Assembly: GCA_036172245.1 (NCBI GenBank)
Contig: JAYWIR010000057.1
Location: 310,001 to 374,000 of the forward strand
Direction: 5' to 3'
Length of the DNA stretch: 64,000 nt
Source of the DNA: Raillietiella orientalis
Taxonomy: Eukaryota
Translations under genes and position numbers: made by a program
In this document: piece by piece, positions 48,677 through 62,977 of the stretch
Layout of the letters: every line of letters begins with the position of its first letter
Numbering within the stretch: position 1 is the first letter of the stretch
The notes under the pieces: model-generated
What the model was told of the DNA's origin: nothing
The model's input: the letters and a program-made list of their open reading frames with translations, nothing else
Databases searched by the model: none

Positions 48677-51600
48677 CAAGTCTCTGTTCCTTCTTCCCGG
48701 AGAAAGATTGGACGCTCTTCTTCTGCTCTTCGCGCAAGACTGCCTGCTTAGAATCACACGCTCATATGCCCTGTGATGTTCCTGCATTTCTAATTTGTGC
48801 AATGACAGGGGTGGGTTGTCCCGCACTTCGGCATAAAAGGAATGGGTGGGTAGGTGGAACAATGTCCCTTCATCTGCCGTGACATCACTACATATTTATG
48901 CTACAGTAGTTATTGGAATTATAAATTCCTGCACCTGCTCCATTCCATTACATAAATAGGTCCAACTATAAAGTACTGTGGCGATGCAAACAGAATGGAT
49001 GACCCTGACGTGTGGCTGCATCAATCACCCGTGTGACTGCAAGACGACAGTTGCTCGAGCAAGAGAGAGGATGCCTGCATGGAATTCGTTCGTCGATCTG
49101 GGATGGCGAGCCACAAGTTTTCCAGATCCGGGCAAAGAAATCCTCGAAACGGGCCATTTTCGGGACCACTCCACGCACACATCTTTTCAATGGTAACATC
49201 TCCTACAGCGAATGCGGAAGGATACTCTGGCAGCTCCCCGAGATTCAGCGAAGCGTCTGGGATTAGCAGGTTCGCCTTCCTGTGAAAGCACCGCAGCAGA
49301 TGTGGAGGAAATGCGGAGCCGATTGTGTTCTCTATTAAGCGGGTCACAGGAGCATCAGAACGACGAAACGCTTCCATAGCACTTCGCCATTACCTTGACA
49401 GCTTAACAGATGAGTGTTACGGATTGTGTTTGTCTTGGTCGTCATTTCCTGCCAATGATGGAACTTTGCAACGCACTTAATGATTCGGTCCCAAGGATGA
49501 GAAGGCAAAAAGAATCTGCGTGGACATAGTCATGCTCTTTGTCCTCCTGCTGCATGGACTCTTTCCTTTCTTTTCTTCCAGTGATGCCAGTCTCTGCGCT
49601 TCTGCACGAATGCTTCTGCTGATCCTTCGCTTGAAAGCATCGCAGCTTTGCATGGTTTGTCATCAGCACCACAGGCTCTGCGGGTTTGTGAGATGGCGAG
49701 TTGTGCTGGATCGAGCTGCGAGCTCACATAACGTGGCTATTAAGCATCCCACGCATCGGAACCAACTTTATCGTGTCCTGGCTTGGAGGCCTCCTGGTTT
49801 CGCAAATCGGCACTTTCCACGGGTTTGTGCACCTCTTATCACCTTTGACGTAGTGGATGAAGACAGTGTTCTGGAAGAGCAGTTTGCTTGATTGGAGTTT
49901 CCTTTCAGCTCCTTTTTGTTGGGTTTCTTATTCGTGCTGCATTTTGATCACTGATGACATCATTACAAAGACTGTAGCCTCAGGAGCTGCTGCAAACTCG
50001 AGACGATACTGGGCACGGAAACTCCAAAGGACTGGAATCTTCTCAGCTCCTGGAGCGCCTAAATAAATACAAGACTCTTCCCTCATGGGAACGCATGAGT
50101 ATTTGGGATCCAGGTCTTGCATTGTGATGACCATCTGAAGGACACTTGGAAAATGTGACGTGTGATCACATGGGATGACAGGATGTCCCATGCGCGCCGG
50201 AATACTGAGGACACAAAAGAAAAAACTAAAGGAAAGAGTTGACTATGGTTGTTCGATGATTCTGTTTAGCGAGATGATCACAACTGAGGTTGCAGCACTT
50301 TGCCATTTGATTTCCTCAGAGTGTCAAAATTCCTTGGTCCCTTCCTTTTGGATTCAAGCTTCATGCACCAATGGTTCCAAGCGGATGGCCACTTGAAATC
50401 TAAAGGAATTTTTCTTGTCCTATTGTGTCAGTTCCAGTGTGGTCATCACTTTGGTGAGACTTCGTAGTCATTGTAAAGACAAACACAACTCGGTCTGTTC
50501 ACAATGGTCTTCCTGCAACCAATCACTTTCTAGTCGTCAATGCTGCTTTGAAAAAAATCAGGGTGCATGGGTTTCTGTTGCCGATCGGGGAAGCATTCAA
50601 AGAGCTTCCTTCCGCTCACATCCACCCTAGCAAAAGAAACGCCAATTTCCATCTGCCACTTCGGCATTTCTTAGATCCTAAAAGGCGATTTTCGGTTCCA
50701 CAGAATTCCCCCGTCCTTTCGAAGATTCATAGATTTATCATCTGACCCTGTTTGGAACAGTCTAAGCTGTTCCTCAGGGGAAAGGACACGCGGGTAAAGG
50801 GGACCGGAAGAGTCACCAAAGTCCTTGCTGGTGGCTTGATTCCTACGCTTCTATTATCTCTTGCTCAATTCAACTCTCGGGAAGGAGTATTCACTCTTGT
50901 GTTTATTGTTTCTCTTCCTTACTTGCCTGAATTCAAATTTTAGCTGCTCTTATCTGTTTCACGAGTTTCTCCCTCCCTTGTCTCGTTCCGTTGGTCCCTA
51001 TGATAACAGGCCCGTTTTCACTTTGGACAGCTCATTCATCGTATCATCCGCCTTGTGACAGATGGAAGGGAAATTGAGAGGTTCTCTTTCTTCCTGTTTC
51101 ATCCTCTCGATTATTTAAAGACTTCCTGTACGTCTTTTGCTTAATTATCGAGCCTTGCATCTATTAGGGCTTAGAGCACGGCTTCTAAAAATTACCAGTG
51201 TCTCAGAGGTTTCCACCTTCGATGGCCCACAGGTGTCAGCTGTGTTGTCTAGAGGAGAAAGTGGTATTCGGAAGCGATGCTCCGGAATCGAGAGAGTCCT
51301 AAAAGAGTTGCTGTTGCCGCTGCATCCCTTAGTTCTTTTTCTCGAGACCTTTCCTTTAGCGTTTGTCCCTCGCGAGTTTCTATGCCGATGCAACGCGACG
51401 GGCTTGAATTTCTGTCGGGCAGCGAAGGTTTCGAGTTGGCCACTTCATGCCTCCCCCCGGAAGAAGCTGTTAGCAAGTATATCTCATCGCGCGCTGTTCG
51501 CTGTCTTCCACCTCCTCTGTGATGGACCGCAGGCATCAGCGCACGGAAACGAGCAGTCCTCTTGAGAACTTTCACACCACTTTACCAGGACCTGAGCTCA

Positions 51601-52152
51601 TTCTCAAACTCTTCCGATTTCTGAGCAGCTGCGGATTTAGAGCTGCAATCTTTCCTTTCCTCCTGTGGTGGATGCTTCGGCCTGAGAGATCGTGGTTTGT
51701 GAGGGTGTCGTCTTCTCCCTTCAAGAGGACGTTCGCCAATCTGGGAATGAATATTCTCATGAGTTCCGGCTTTTGAGCACTATGATCATCTCTTCCTTAA
51801 AAGATAACCTGAGAATGATCACATGGAGTCCTCCTTACAGGGGTTCCAAAGAAGTGACTCACAACCAGCGCCACTTAAGGTCCAGGAACCCACGAATCAT
51901 CAAGCAGACCACCAACCTGGCCAACTTTTCTTCGGGCGAATAGGTTTTTCAGCTTCTTGTAGTGAGGGAGGGTGGAATGGATTGTTTTGAGGCTTTTAAT
52001 ATCTCCCTTCCTCCCCCGTTCCGGGAGGCGGATTTCGGGAAACACTGGATCCTAGTTGTCAGCGGCAGGGGCAACTCGGAAAAGACCTTTTCATTAGGAC
52101 CAAGTTTCCGGGTTCTCCGCCCAAGGTTTAGTGAAACAAGAAGAGCACTTAC

Positions 52153-52264
52153 CTGTAGTTCGTCGAGCTGAAAACCATCGAAATGGAAGTTTTGCTCGTT
52201 CTTGAGCAGAGCGCTTCAAACTTCTTCAATAGCCAGCTGCAGCACACTGGGAATGTCGGTCGTC
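52153..52264 (-). CDS. Candidate internal exon; product and frame uncertain
   Basis: Consensus CAG|gtaagt donor (52147-52152) and a pyrimidine-rich acceptor. One frame is fully open (RPTFPVCCSWLLKKFEAL...); another reads TTDIPSVLQLAIEEV*SALLKNEQNFHFDGFQLDELQ. Confidence 0.25.
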
Positions 52265-55200
52265 CTTCCACGAAGGGCAGGCAAACAGAGAGCAGAAGGG
52301 TGCAAGAGTTTTTCCAGGAGGGCTGAGCGACGTTCCTTGCACCTCAGACCGAACTCTTCAAACGGAACAGCAGAAAGAAGTGTGGTTGCTGCCCCTGCGA
52401 CCCCTCCTCCGCGCCCACGGAGGTACTTCAGTGCTCATGGGTATTTGGGAACCTCCGCTAAGTACGCTGAGGATTCTTCACGACTCTCGCGTTTCGCGAC
52501 CTCATTTTTTGACGTTTCGTGCCCTTTTGGAGGCGAGGACAAACAGCCGCTCTTCTTGCTGAAGCCAGTCAGTTGCGAATCCCGAGAGAGAATCGAATGC
52601 CAGGTTTGGCCGAATCTGCTCAGATTCGTCTCCATCGGCGACCACTCTTGCCAAGCCTGCAGAGGACCGTCAGAAGCACAAATGAAACGATCTCCAGCCA
52701 TTTTTCCCGTCTTCATCTCCAGTGTGCACCCTTCCTTGCATAGGTAAACCACCGAACCTGGGAGTCTTTGGGTTCAGTGAATAAGAACAGAGAATGAGAA
52801 TTCTAGAGAGAATGGCACGGCACGTTCCTTGTCTCCGCTTGCATCCCCATGCAGTTTCCACCTCTAGCGGCTACGCGATGCTTCCAAATGCCTCGAAGGT
52901 CTCCTCATTCCTCCCCTCCTTGCTCTCATTGGATTTACTAATCTCCGTTGTCAGAACATTGGTGGTGATTTCCATCGAGGTGGTCCTCTCTTACAGCTTC
53001 CCACATTGTATCAAGTTGGGAAAGAATTTTCTTTTGTTCTTCTTGGTCCTCCTCTGCTCTTCATTCCTGCTGCATGGTGACAGGTCTGCTCGATTCCTTT
53101 CGTGACGACTGGAACGACAGCAGGAATCGTTCCTGCAAGTGAGGAATGGAGGCGTGCAATCCTCAGGGACAAAGCTCCGTTTGGCTATCGTTCGCTCTCA
53201 AGTCGAATCCGGGAAGGTTGGAAAGTTCCGTTTCTTCTTTTGTTCTCTTTCTCGGGTTCCCGGTGTGGTTCCTGAGGCTGAGCAGCATGCAGTGGAGTAT
53301 CATTCCGAGGCAGATCTTGAGTCCGACCCGGAGGGTGAGAACAGGGAAACATCTGAAAGAGAAGAAGAACCTTGCACTTTTCCCATGGCGCCAACCACTT
53401 TCTGATTTTTCCATTCCTTGATAGTGGGAACCAGACTTGTTTTAGAAGTAGTCCCACGGCTCCACTTGGAAACAAACAGGCTTCCCGGCTGAAAGTTCGC
53501 TCTTCCCTATAAAGACAGAGTGCTTTTTGCTCCCTAGAGTGTCTTGGTTTTTCGTTGATTATCTAAGAGTGCAGGTGGGAATCGCCATTGCACGCCTTTC
53601 CGCAACCGCGCTGTACCGCACCGGGACGCCTCGAAAGCCACCCGGCTGTACGAACAGATTTCCCGTCTTTCCCATCGGCCCGCTTTCTTCTGTTGACCGA
53701 CTTCTGAGTCTTGCGCTTCTCTACAGTGAGTTAAACTTCATCGTCCCTGGAGTACCAACAGCTCACTTGTGGGGGGGTGCAAGGGGTTCTCAGCAACCCT
53801 GACGACCGCTTCCACCCGGGACACGAGGGTTCCTTTAAAGTTCAGCTCCTCTGGCCTCCGTCCTGCTTTTCCAGATCTCCCAGGAGATGTTAGGGATGTC
53901 TGCATCAAATGTGTCCCATTTCTTCACGGAGTCAAGTTTGACCTTTCATGGAAGCATCCGCTCTTTTGCTAACTCACTTGGAATCGTTCGTAGCTGCCGC
54001 CCCATTACTCTTCCGTGTTTCGCAGAAGGATTCCGAGACGTGCAGATGGCGCGTCTTCGGTTCACTCCACGCGGTTCCAGGGCTGCGTTGATGTACGGAA
54101 GGAAAAGGGAGCTGCCGGGGGCTTGCTGGACCCTATTGGGGACTCACCGGAAAAGTACAAAACCTGTGTTAACGAGGAACGCATCCAAAGGTCGCCTCGC
54201 ATTCTGTTGGTCACTGCTGCGAAAACCGCAACGCGCCCGTTTAACTCGGGAGACCGAGCAAACATCTGTGTTTGATTTCCTTTTCGATTATCGCCGTCCT
54301 CCTGTATCATTTCCTTTTGTTTGATCTGCTATCAGTTATTTATTCTCGGATCGTGAAGATAGCTCGCAGCATCTCTCTTTTTTCCCCCTCTTTTCGAAGA
54401 TAAAACGGTGCACGTTAACAGATGCAGATCTTCGGTGCGGAAGATCCAGGAGTGAAATACAACTCGGACGCTCAAGCACGAACAAAGCGCCATGGAATGA
54501 TTGACGCGTCCTGAGCCGGGATGCGTAGGGAACCTTGAAACATCGGATCCGCAACCAGCATGCGTGAGATGACGAATTTTTCACGGGCATTTTCAGGCCG
54601 ATCCGCCAGAAAGCGGACTGCAGCTGCTTTGCCGTTCGCTCTCCTTTGAGAACGGAACCTGCATCCAGCTTCCGCTTCCGCTTTCCCCGTAGGTGTCCGC
54701 GGTTCTTCCTGACTTCCCGTTCCAATCCTCCCACTTCCAATGCCTGCCTGCGGACATTTGGTTTCGTGCGCCCTTCCTGTGGCTGTGTTGGTTCCTCTGT
54801 TCCAGGTTTTTTGCAGCTGATCTCTTCGGCGTGGAAACATCGGCGTTCCCCGAGTTGCTTCCTTCCATTGGAATGCTCCTCCTCCGCCTCTCGTGCTGTC
54901 TGTCCGCTGCTGAAACAGAGCATCAGCTGCAGTTCCTGTCTTTTTTTCCGTTTGCAAACCCTGAGAACCGGGGGCAGAGCCACGTCGCCAGCACCGGTTC
55001 AAGGCCGAGCGCGAAACCGCGTCGAAAAGAACGGGACAGCAAGCAGGCAGGAAACTGGACACTGGAAGTTTGCGCGGACTTGGAAGGCGACGCGAGAGAC
55101 GCGCAACGGGAGCAGACGTGATGTGTGACAGCACAGTGCGCCGTGCTCCTTGCGATTCGTCATCCAGCGTGATACAGCAGCAGCAGCACTTCCCAGATGT

Positions 55201-57599
55201 GTGTGGAAACGCATACACGTTTGTGGCCAAGCAGTTCTTCCTGCCGTTCCCGAACTCCCCGGACCCTCTCACTTCTTTCTTTTTTTTTTCCCCTTTCTTA
55301 CGCACCGAGACACTGGACAAAGAGTCGGTCTTTCGACACTGACTCTGTCTGCAAATGTCGGAGGAATTGATGGTTCCTTCCGAAGAACTCACGGGGAAGC
55401 TTTTCTCCCTGTCCGATTTGGAGCGGGTTGCCAGGAAATCCTCTCCCTCGTCCCGAAGTGCGACACTCGCTTTCTGCAGACCTCTGCGAAGCGATGAGAA
55501 GAGCCCCGGGCTGGAGCTTGCTTTAGGACAGTCCTCCGCCGTCTAAGGTCGCAGCGCCTCTGGCTCAGGATGCGGAACTCGGAAACCAAACTTCAAGTGG
55601 GCACGACATCTCAGACGAGGCGTCCTCCCGCCATCCTTTAGCACGCAGCGATGCCATGATGACCTGCAGCGCGGTTGCTCTCAGCTCCCGATCTGCACTG
55701 CCACGCGGATGCACCCAAATGTGTCCAGCGTGCAGCCCGAGGCTCCGGGGAGCGACTGCTGATTTCACGCACGCCCGAGTGAGATGCAAGGTGTCTGACG
55801 AAGGATGACACGATCATGAAAGCAGCAGTTGACATCAGAAGAGAATGACGTGAGGGAGGAGCGCGCGTGCCATCGCGAACGCTTTCTGAGGAAGGCGAAG
55901 TTGTGGATGCGCAGGGATGATGAAAGGGAAGGACAGCAAGGTGACAAATCCGGGATGAGCGTCAGCGAGAGAGGCGAGCGGTTCCGATGAATTCGGATCA
56001 GGCCGCAGGGGTTCCTGTCGGCAAGATCCAGGAAAGATCTCTGCCGGCACTGTGCAGAGCCTCGGAGAGGGCGCTGCGGACTCGACGGGACGGCAAAGCC
56101 AGCGGCAAGCCGGAAGAAGCCACCGCCGTGCCACGAATTTGCCCCGAAAGGGAAGACGGAAGCAACAGCAGCAACAAGCGACCTCGGAAGAAGGAAGGGA
56201 AGTGAGGATCAGGAACGCGGAAGAACAAGAGGAGGTCGCCGAAATCTTGAATACGCTTCCGCGGCAATGCGGCGTGTCCGAGGCGGTGCAGCAAGGGGCG
56301 GTGATTGCTGACCCGAGACGCACGGCGTGGCATCTTCAGGTACAGCTTCACGGCTCCTGAGAGGGGCAGAACGCGGCGCGCGCGCTCGTGCTGGAAGAGG
56401 AGGACGGCAGTGGCAGAGAGAGGGTGGTGCGCCGTGCAGTCCGGAAGCCACCTGCGATCCAGAAGCGGAGAACAAAGGATGCGCCAGCGAGGCGCGCCCA
56501 GGTGCGGACACGGAAAATGTTCGACCACTGCTCCGGAAACGGCTGCTCTCTTGGCGCAAGAACGCATACGGCGTAGAATATACTAGACAGAGTCGATCTG
56601 GTCCAGGAGCAAAAAATCCAGCCGGGAGTCAGCGGAGCCGCAGAAATATTTTTTATTCTTTTCATTGAAGGTAAAAAAAAAAAAAAAGGAAAGAAAAGAA
56701 AAGAAAGAAATCGAAGGAGGAGGAGGAATGCACTCTAATCTGCTCAATGATAACATGCTGTGGGATGTGGAGATGAAGAGCATGTATGCAATGCATCATG
56801 ACGCCAAGGACGCCTTGGACAGCATTTCTTCGGGACCTCGCACATAATCCGCGCTGCCTCATAGCTCTCGTTTAGCTCCATCCCCCAGAGTGACGAGGAA
56901 GGCCTTTCTTCCCCTGCGCGCGCCCAGTGCAAGACACCTTGAGCGGGGGGAGAAGGAATGTCGCGCGCTTTCGGGAACGATCGCTCCGTCGCTATGGAAA
57001 CGCAATTCGATTCGTGCTGGAAGAAAAAAAAAAACGAAGAAACGTAAGGCGGCAATGCGCCCTGCAAATCGACACTCCCCTTTGGGAACGTTGGGTCTGA
57101 ATACCTATTTTTCCCATGTCTTGCTGCTCCCGGTGCCTCATCCCTGGGTCTCGGGTTTCACGCGTTCGGGAGTCTTTGCTGGTTGTTGCTGCTCCTGCAT
57201 CAGAGATGTCGCTTGCAGGGCTCGTGGGCCCTACCCCAAGGCGAGTCTCGTTCCCCGCGAAGGGGCCGCGTAAAGTCCTGCTGGCAAAGGTCGGCGGCGG
57301 TGCTGGCAGTGGAGCCCGCAGGCGTGGAGGGACACTCTCTGAACGAGACGGTTGCCATGCGATCGGACTGCCTCCCGCGCGGAGGTGTCTCTCCCTGGAG
57401 CCAGGAGCTTCCGGTGCAACAGCACCTCTCCTCTGGCAAGCAGGAAGCGACCGGCACCCGGAAGAAGGGCGGGCATTGAAGTTCCGCTGGCCCTTCGCGG
57501 GCAGTGCCTCTTTGAGGCAGGTCGATCGAGCGGAGGCGCGCGGAGAGCTCTTTCCCAAAAGATGGAACCAGAAAAAAGAACAAGAAGAACGACTCCCGC

Positions 57600-59130
57600 G
57601 TAGACGGTTCTAGCAGAAACGGCTTCAATAGAGCGACCCCATGAGTCTCTTCCGGAGGGCAAGGACTGCCCTGCTGATTCCGAAAGGGCAGGGCGCCTTT
57701 GCGAAGGAGCTGGAGAGCGGCCTAGAGAGCAAACCTCCCCGGCAGCGAAATCGGCGGCGAGCAGCGGCCCCCTCCCCGGGGTGCGACGCCTGGAGCTGCG
57801 TCCTCACTGCTGCAACGGAAATCCCGATCGATCTCGCGCACCCGGGATCGCCAGACCTGGGGCAGCAGCCGCAGCGCTTCCGAAAGTCGACGGCCGCAGG
57901 TGGAAAACTCGAGGGCCCTCCCGAGTCCGACGGCGTCGTTTGCGGAGGGTCCCGGTTGTCCGGGGAGGAGGAGGCACTCGCCAGACCGGCACTCGGAGAA
58001 GTTGCCCGGAGACGAGTCCCGCAGGTTCTTCGGACACACTCGCCGGCTCGGGGGAGAAGCTCCTCTGCCGACGAAACGTTTCCCGTGGCAACCAGTTCCC
58101 GAGATGGATTCCCTGCTGACCGTTTCCCCTCGGGGTCCCTTCAGCCAAACCGGAGGTCGCGGACCGGGAGCAGGGAACAAGGAGTTTTTCCCACCCACCC
58201 TCGCCCCACCCTGGCGAATTGCAGTTGCCTGGCAACTTCGTCCGGGTTCCGCCCTCCGATGCGCATCCGGAAAGATGCTGCTGCCTTTCCCGAATCTCTG
58301 CGTTTCGCAACGCTCGCGAAATTTCCCTTTCGTCTCTCTCTCTTTTTTTCTTTTTTTTTATGTGGGCTGCCATGCTACGACCGCATCCTCAGCTTCCTGC
58401 ATCTTAATGGTTTTGTATGCTCATCAATGCAGGCTCGCCTCATCTCGCGAAAACCATAAATCTGTCTCTCGCGTCCCGGAAGACGGCGTGGGAGAGCCGT
58501 CCGCGGTGTCGAACGCGAGGATTCCCCTGCCTTGTTCGACGGCGAGAGGTCGGCTGCTGCTGCTGCTGCTTGCGTCGCCCGCGCGGCGAGGGAATGCCGG
58601 CGAGGTCGCACCACCATTCCTCCTCCTCCGCTGCCTCCGCCGCGCCGGCCAGAGCGCTTTCCTTCCAGAAGCTTCTCGCGCAGCGTTGGCTGGCGGACAA
58701 GCCTCTCCCCCTCTTCGAGGTCAGCCCCTTGCCGACCCGCGCGCTCTTTCCATGCGACGGACTCCACGCTCCGTGCGCGCGCGAGCGCCCGTGCCGGGCA
58801 AGTCCATCGCCGTCTCCGCTCGCTCGTTCGCGCACGCTCGGGTGGGCAGACGTCGGGCGCAGGGGACGCACGCGCCGAAGGAGCGCCCGGCGGTTCGTCC
58901 CTCCCGTCCGGGGGAGCCAGCAGGGAAAACTCGGAATCTCTGCGTCGCCCTCCCGCGCGGCGAGGTTCCGCAGGTCACGTCTCCCGGCTGTAAGGAAGCG
59001 GGTCATCTCGCTCCACTAGCAACCGGAGAATGCCGCTGCTGCTCCCCGCCTGCCCGCGTCTCGGACTCCAGAAAGGTTTCCTGGAGCAAAAGGGAAGAGC
59101 GGAGCATGCGTAGCGCCGCTGCACACCACC
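57600..59130. promoter_or_regulatory. GC/CpG-rich island-like region, possible promoter or 5' end of a gene
   Basis: Visibly dense CG/GCGC runs with (CTG)n and (CCT)n tracts. The overlapping long ORFs in all frames are what high GC alone would produce. Confidence 0.3.
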
Positions 59131-61158
59131 GTCCTCTTCCATTGGAAATCACGGAGTACCTCGGTTCGTCCCTTTTTGTGTGTTTCCTTCTTCTTCTTCT
59201 CTTTCTCGTTCTCTTGTGATGCTCATCTTCCTGTTGTTTTGTCCATTCTGGCAAAGCCATCGTGTGCCAAGCTTCACGATCTCCGAGCTTCGAATGAGAA
59301 ACCCCGGAGCTGCGAGGGCCATTTTTCTCCCCTGCATGGAGCAGGCGCTCCCCCGCTCGCAGAGGGCTCTCACATGTGCCTTCCCCCCCTCCCCTGACCG
59401 TTTCGGTAGCATTTTTTTGCGTCATTGCGTGATTTGTAAAAACCGGAAGCCTTTGGTCCGGTCAAACCCAGCCTCCGAAAATCGTCCACCTTTCTTTTCG
59501 AGCTCCTCACGGTACCATCCTTGGAAAAGAGAAATCAGCAAAGAAGAGGGAAGTATCCAGCCTCAACAACATGAACCGAAGATTACTTTCGACTTCATTC
59601 GCAGTCTTTAAGAGAGGGAGGCAAAAAAGCGAGGAGTGGCGCATTCTTTGCTTCGTGCATCCCGTATTCTTGTTCCTCCTCCTCCCGTTGCGGCATGCAA
59701 CAACTTCCCAGTCCACTGTCCACGTCAGGGTCCGGCTCTTCCTGGGAAGAAAAGCGAGCGGACAAGTGAGCATTCCCGTTTACAAACGTGGTCCGGGAAG
59801 AGTAGGGATTTTCTGGAGACAGGAGAGGGAGGGAGGAAAAAGGGGAAAGAAGTGAAGCAGGATCGCTCCCTGGAAAGCACCCGATGCGAGAAACTGCCGA
59901 GGAGGAAAGGCGCGCGCTTCTCGGGAAGGCCGCTGCTACATTCTCACTCCGTGCGTTCCCCACTTGGTCATCGGCAACACCTCGATCTCAAGGTCGCCTC
60001 CACGCAGTGGCGCCCCCATTCAGACGCGGCATGGCCGGCGGAATGCGTTCTTCCGAGGGAGGAGGTGGTCTCCGCCGTCCGACTCGGGGAGATGCGCCAC
60101 GACCGGATGTTCCTAAGTCCTACGGCAGCGCCACGTACGGTGACCCCCTCGCCTTGCGGAGGCGAGGGGATCACCTTTCCCCAGCGGTTTTTTTCCGCCT
60201 CGTGCTTGCAGAGCAGCGCATGGCTTGCAGGGCGATCTCTCCGGGAGACCCGTCCTCCGGCCCGGGCCTCATCCCGCCGTCACTGAGAATTCCTGGCGTT
60301 CCTCCTGAGAACGCCGCGTGCCCAGCAGCGCGGAGCGGAGGAAACGCTTTGCGGTCTTACAGGATGTTTGCACCACCCTGCCCTCCCGAGGGAGCACGCA
60401 GATCGAAAACTAACCCTCCAGAGAAAAGAGGCCTGCTCGGCGACTCCTGCTACTCGGGAGCTGAAGGGTCGCATCTCGTCCGGAAGGGGATTTGGATTTC
60501 AAGAAACGACATGGTCAAGAATCCCTCCCTGCAAGGGAGCACGCATGCGTGGGCCTCCTTGCACTGGACTGCGGGCGTGGACGCTCCTGAAGAGGAGCGT
60601 GGAACTCCTGGTCGGCGTCTGGAAAGCAAACCTCACTCGAACACCATCCGTTTTTGCCCAGAGGGATGCGCCCTCCCTCACTGCGTGAAGTGCGAATCCA
60701 TTTCTCGTGACGTCACCGAGGCAGCACTAGAATTCCTGGATCTTTGAATCCTGGAGGAAGTGGTCCCGTCGCAGAGAAATGCAGGAGACGAAAAATAGAT
60801 GGCCATCGCACTGAGCACATAGGAAATGAACTTTTTTTTCTTTTCTCCTTCAGGCTCACACCGGAATCCCTAATTAAGCGAGATTTTTCGCTTCCGCTTC
60901 ACTTTCTTTACAGCTGATGCTTCAGCCCCTAAACGGCAGCCAAGTTTCCCTTGAGGATTTTTCTGCCACGCTGAGAGACAATGAGATTGCAGCAGCAGCG
61001 GCCCTCGCGTGAACCCGCCAATTCATTCACAGGTCTCCATGGAACGCATTCCATGGCCGAAGACAACAGGCAGGGCGAAATTTCATTTGTCAGCAGTCGG
61101 TCTGCTTCTCTTCCGTCCCGTTTTCTTCCCATGTAGTGCAAACCTGCGTGAATACCAG

Positions 61159-61211
61159 ACCCACCCACCCACCCACCCACCCACGGAGAGAGGGGAAGAG
61201 AGAGAGAGAGA
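61159..61211. repeat. Compound microsatellite: (ACCC)6 followed by (AG)n
   Basis: Read directly. Confidence 0.9.
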
Positions 61212-62977
61212 TGCGTCCACGCACGCGTGCGGCGTCCACGGGCCAATACACGAGGGCACGAGTGTGGTTCATGGAGTCTGCACGTTCAGCTGCTTTTCAC
61301 ACGCCCTTCCCGTAGCCCCGACTTCGCTCGACTCTCCACCTATCCATCCACGTCGGGGAATGCGGAGTGAACGCCGGAAAATGTCCACCGGAAATGCAAG
61401 TTCGCGAATCGGTTTCCATAGTTACCATCCGTTTCAGTTTACATGTTTGCACTCTGTAGGAGGATGTTGCTCGCACGCTGCAAAAGGGGGAGCCCGAGAA
61501 CAGACTTTGAAAGGACCGGAGGTGGTTCAGCAATTGAGTATCATGTGGATCCTCGATAAAGCAATGAAATCCCCCTTGAATCCTCAGAATCGATCTCTGT
61601 GGTGTTTCGTTGCTGCTTGTTGCTTAGTTGCTTCTCTTTGAAAGAGAAGCATCTCAGAACCTAGGTCAGTCCTCATAACAGAGCGCATCCTTTTCTCATT
61701 GGCATTCCTTTTGATGGTGTGTGTTCCCTCAGGGGTCGCATGCATTCGGGATGCTTCCTGCTTAGCAATAAACAGGAATTGCATGGGAGGGTTTCCGTAG
61801 GAGATGATCTTCCGTTTGCCATTCCCGGTTTGTTGAGCGTCCTTACTGGCCCCACGACATTCGAAAGAACTGCCATGGCAGGCGGTTTCCTGTTGATGGT
61901 TGGCCTATAGCTGGCAGAATTGCATGAGGTGATGTGGAAGAGTGGGGAACCGGATGACTGAAAATGCGGGCCCTTGCCCCATTAGGTGCACTTTGGGTGG
62001 GCGTCCATTAGGTCCGAAGAGAATTTTATTCACCGGTTTGTTCCTTTGTGGCCGGACCCGGGAGATGGCCTGACCCTTGGAAAGAGCCACAGCAATCCAG
62101 CATAGGCATGGGAAAGGAAGAGGGAGGCTGCAGCTCCAAGTCGGATGATGCAAAGCTATCGAAAACCAGCTGACGCGGAGGTGAAACGCAGATATCCCTC
62201 AAAGATCACGAGTTCCCTAGGATTCTCGAGCGTCGTGGGAACGAACAAATGCAAGAGATGACTACTTTAGTGAGAACTTTGACGAGCACGAGATTTTTAT
62301 GCTGCTGGAAACAGCGAAAGACAGTAACAGCAATGACGACAATGACACCGATGATGTGGCTGCAGTAAAGAAGAAGTCGACTGGCGATTAATGAGATGGT
62401 TCTGTCGGATAAATTTGATGTATAAGCAGAGAATGATTCGATCAATGATCTCAAATGGCTGTTAAAAATGATGAGGAAAGGCACAAAAGAGATTGAGGCT
62501 GTAAAAAGTTCAAGTCGTACTGGAATTCGGCAATCGAATCATCTGCTTCACTATCCTCCAGGTATTCGAGTCATCCATGGCTTCTTTCATAAATCATGAG
62601 ACCTCGGCTGCATGCTCTTTCGCGCCACCTCCAATGCTTAAATTGTGAAATCGGACCGCTCGTGTCTCCTTTTCCAATCGAAAAACAGGATAGCGGGATA
62701 CAAAGGATCAGTTTCGAACGTGGTCCTAGCGCCCAGCAACAGCGAACAAGTTAGTGTGGTTCAACTTAAACGAGCATCGGTGACGGAAAGTCCCGGAAAC
62801 ACTTCGCTGGTCCGCTCTAGAGCTCTCCGTACGCTCATCTTCTCGAGCCTCCGTACTGTGCAGTTCTCATGCTCCTGCAGCAAGAGGAGAGGTAGTTCGG
62901 GATCCAGGAATCTCGGTAGAACATTGAACAGCACAAAATTCGACGTACGTTTATCTCTCCACCTCACACCATGAGAC

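Noticed and set aside
49040..49200. CMEFVRR resembling the animal heme peroxidase CMEFVRS motif
   Set aside because: The expected downstream REQxN motif is absent.
57641..60747. Long ORFs of 200-439 aa (e.g. 57900-59219, 59884-60747)
   Set aside because: They overlap in several frames on both strands, are Arg/Pro/Ala/Ser-rich and show no recognisable domain, as expected from high GC alone.
21134..60800. Recurrent in-frame TGA in protein-looking frames (e.g. 21389, 31914, 52216, 60745), suggesting stop-codon reassignment or RNA editing
   Set aside because: TA dinucleotides look scarce, so TGA is the expected interrupting stop in chance frames. Some sites have a fully open alternative frame, the examples were picked by eye, and no conserved protein anchors the test.
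61584..62160. ~190-codon minus-strand frame with one stop, possibly an old retroelement
   Set aside because: No convincing RT, endonuclease or gag motif; a nearby SYRP match is too short to count.
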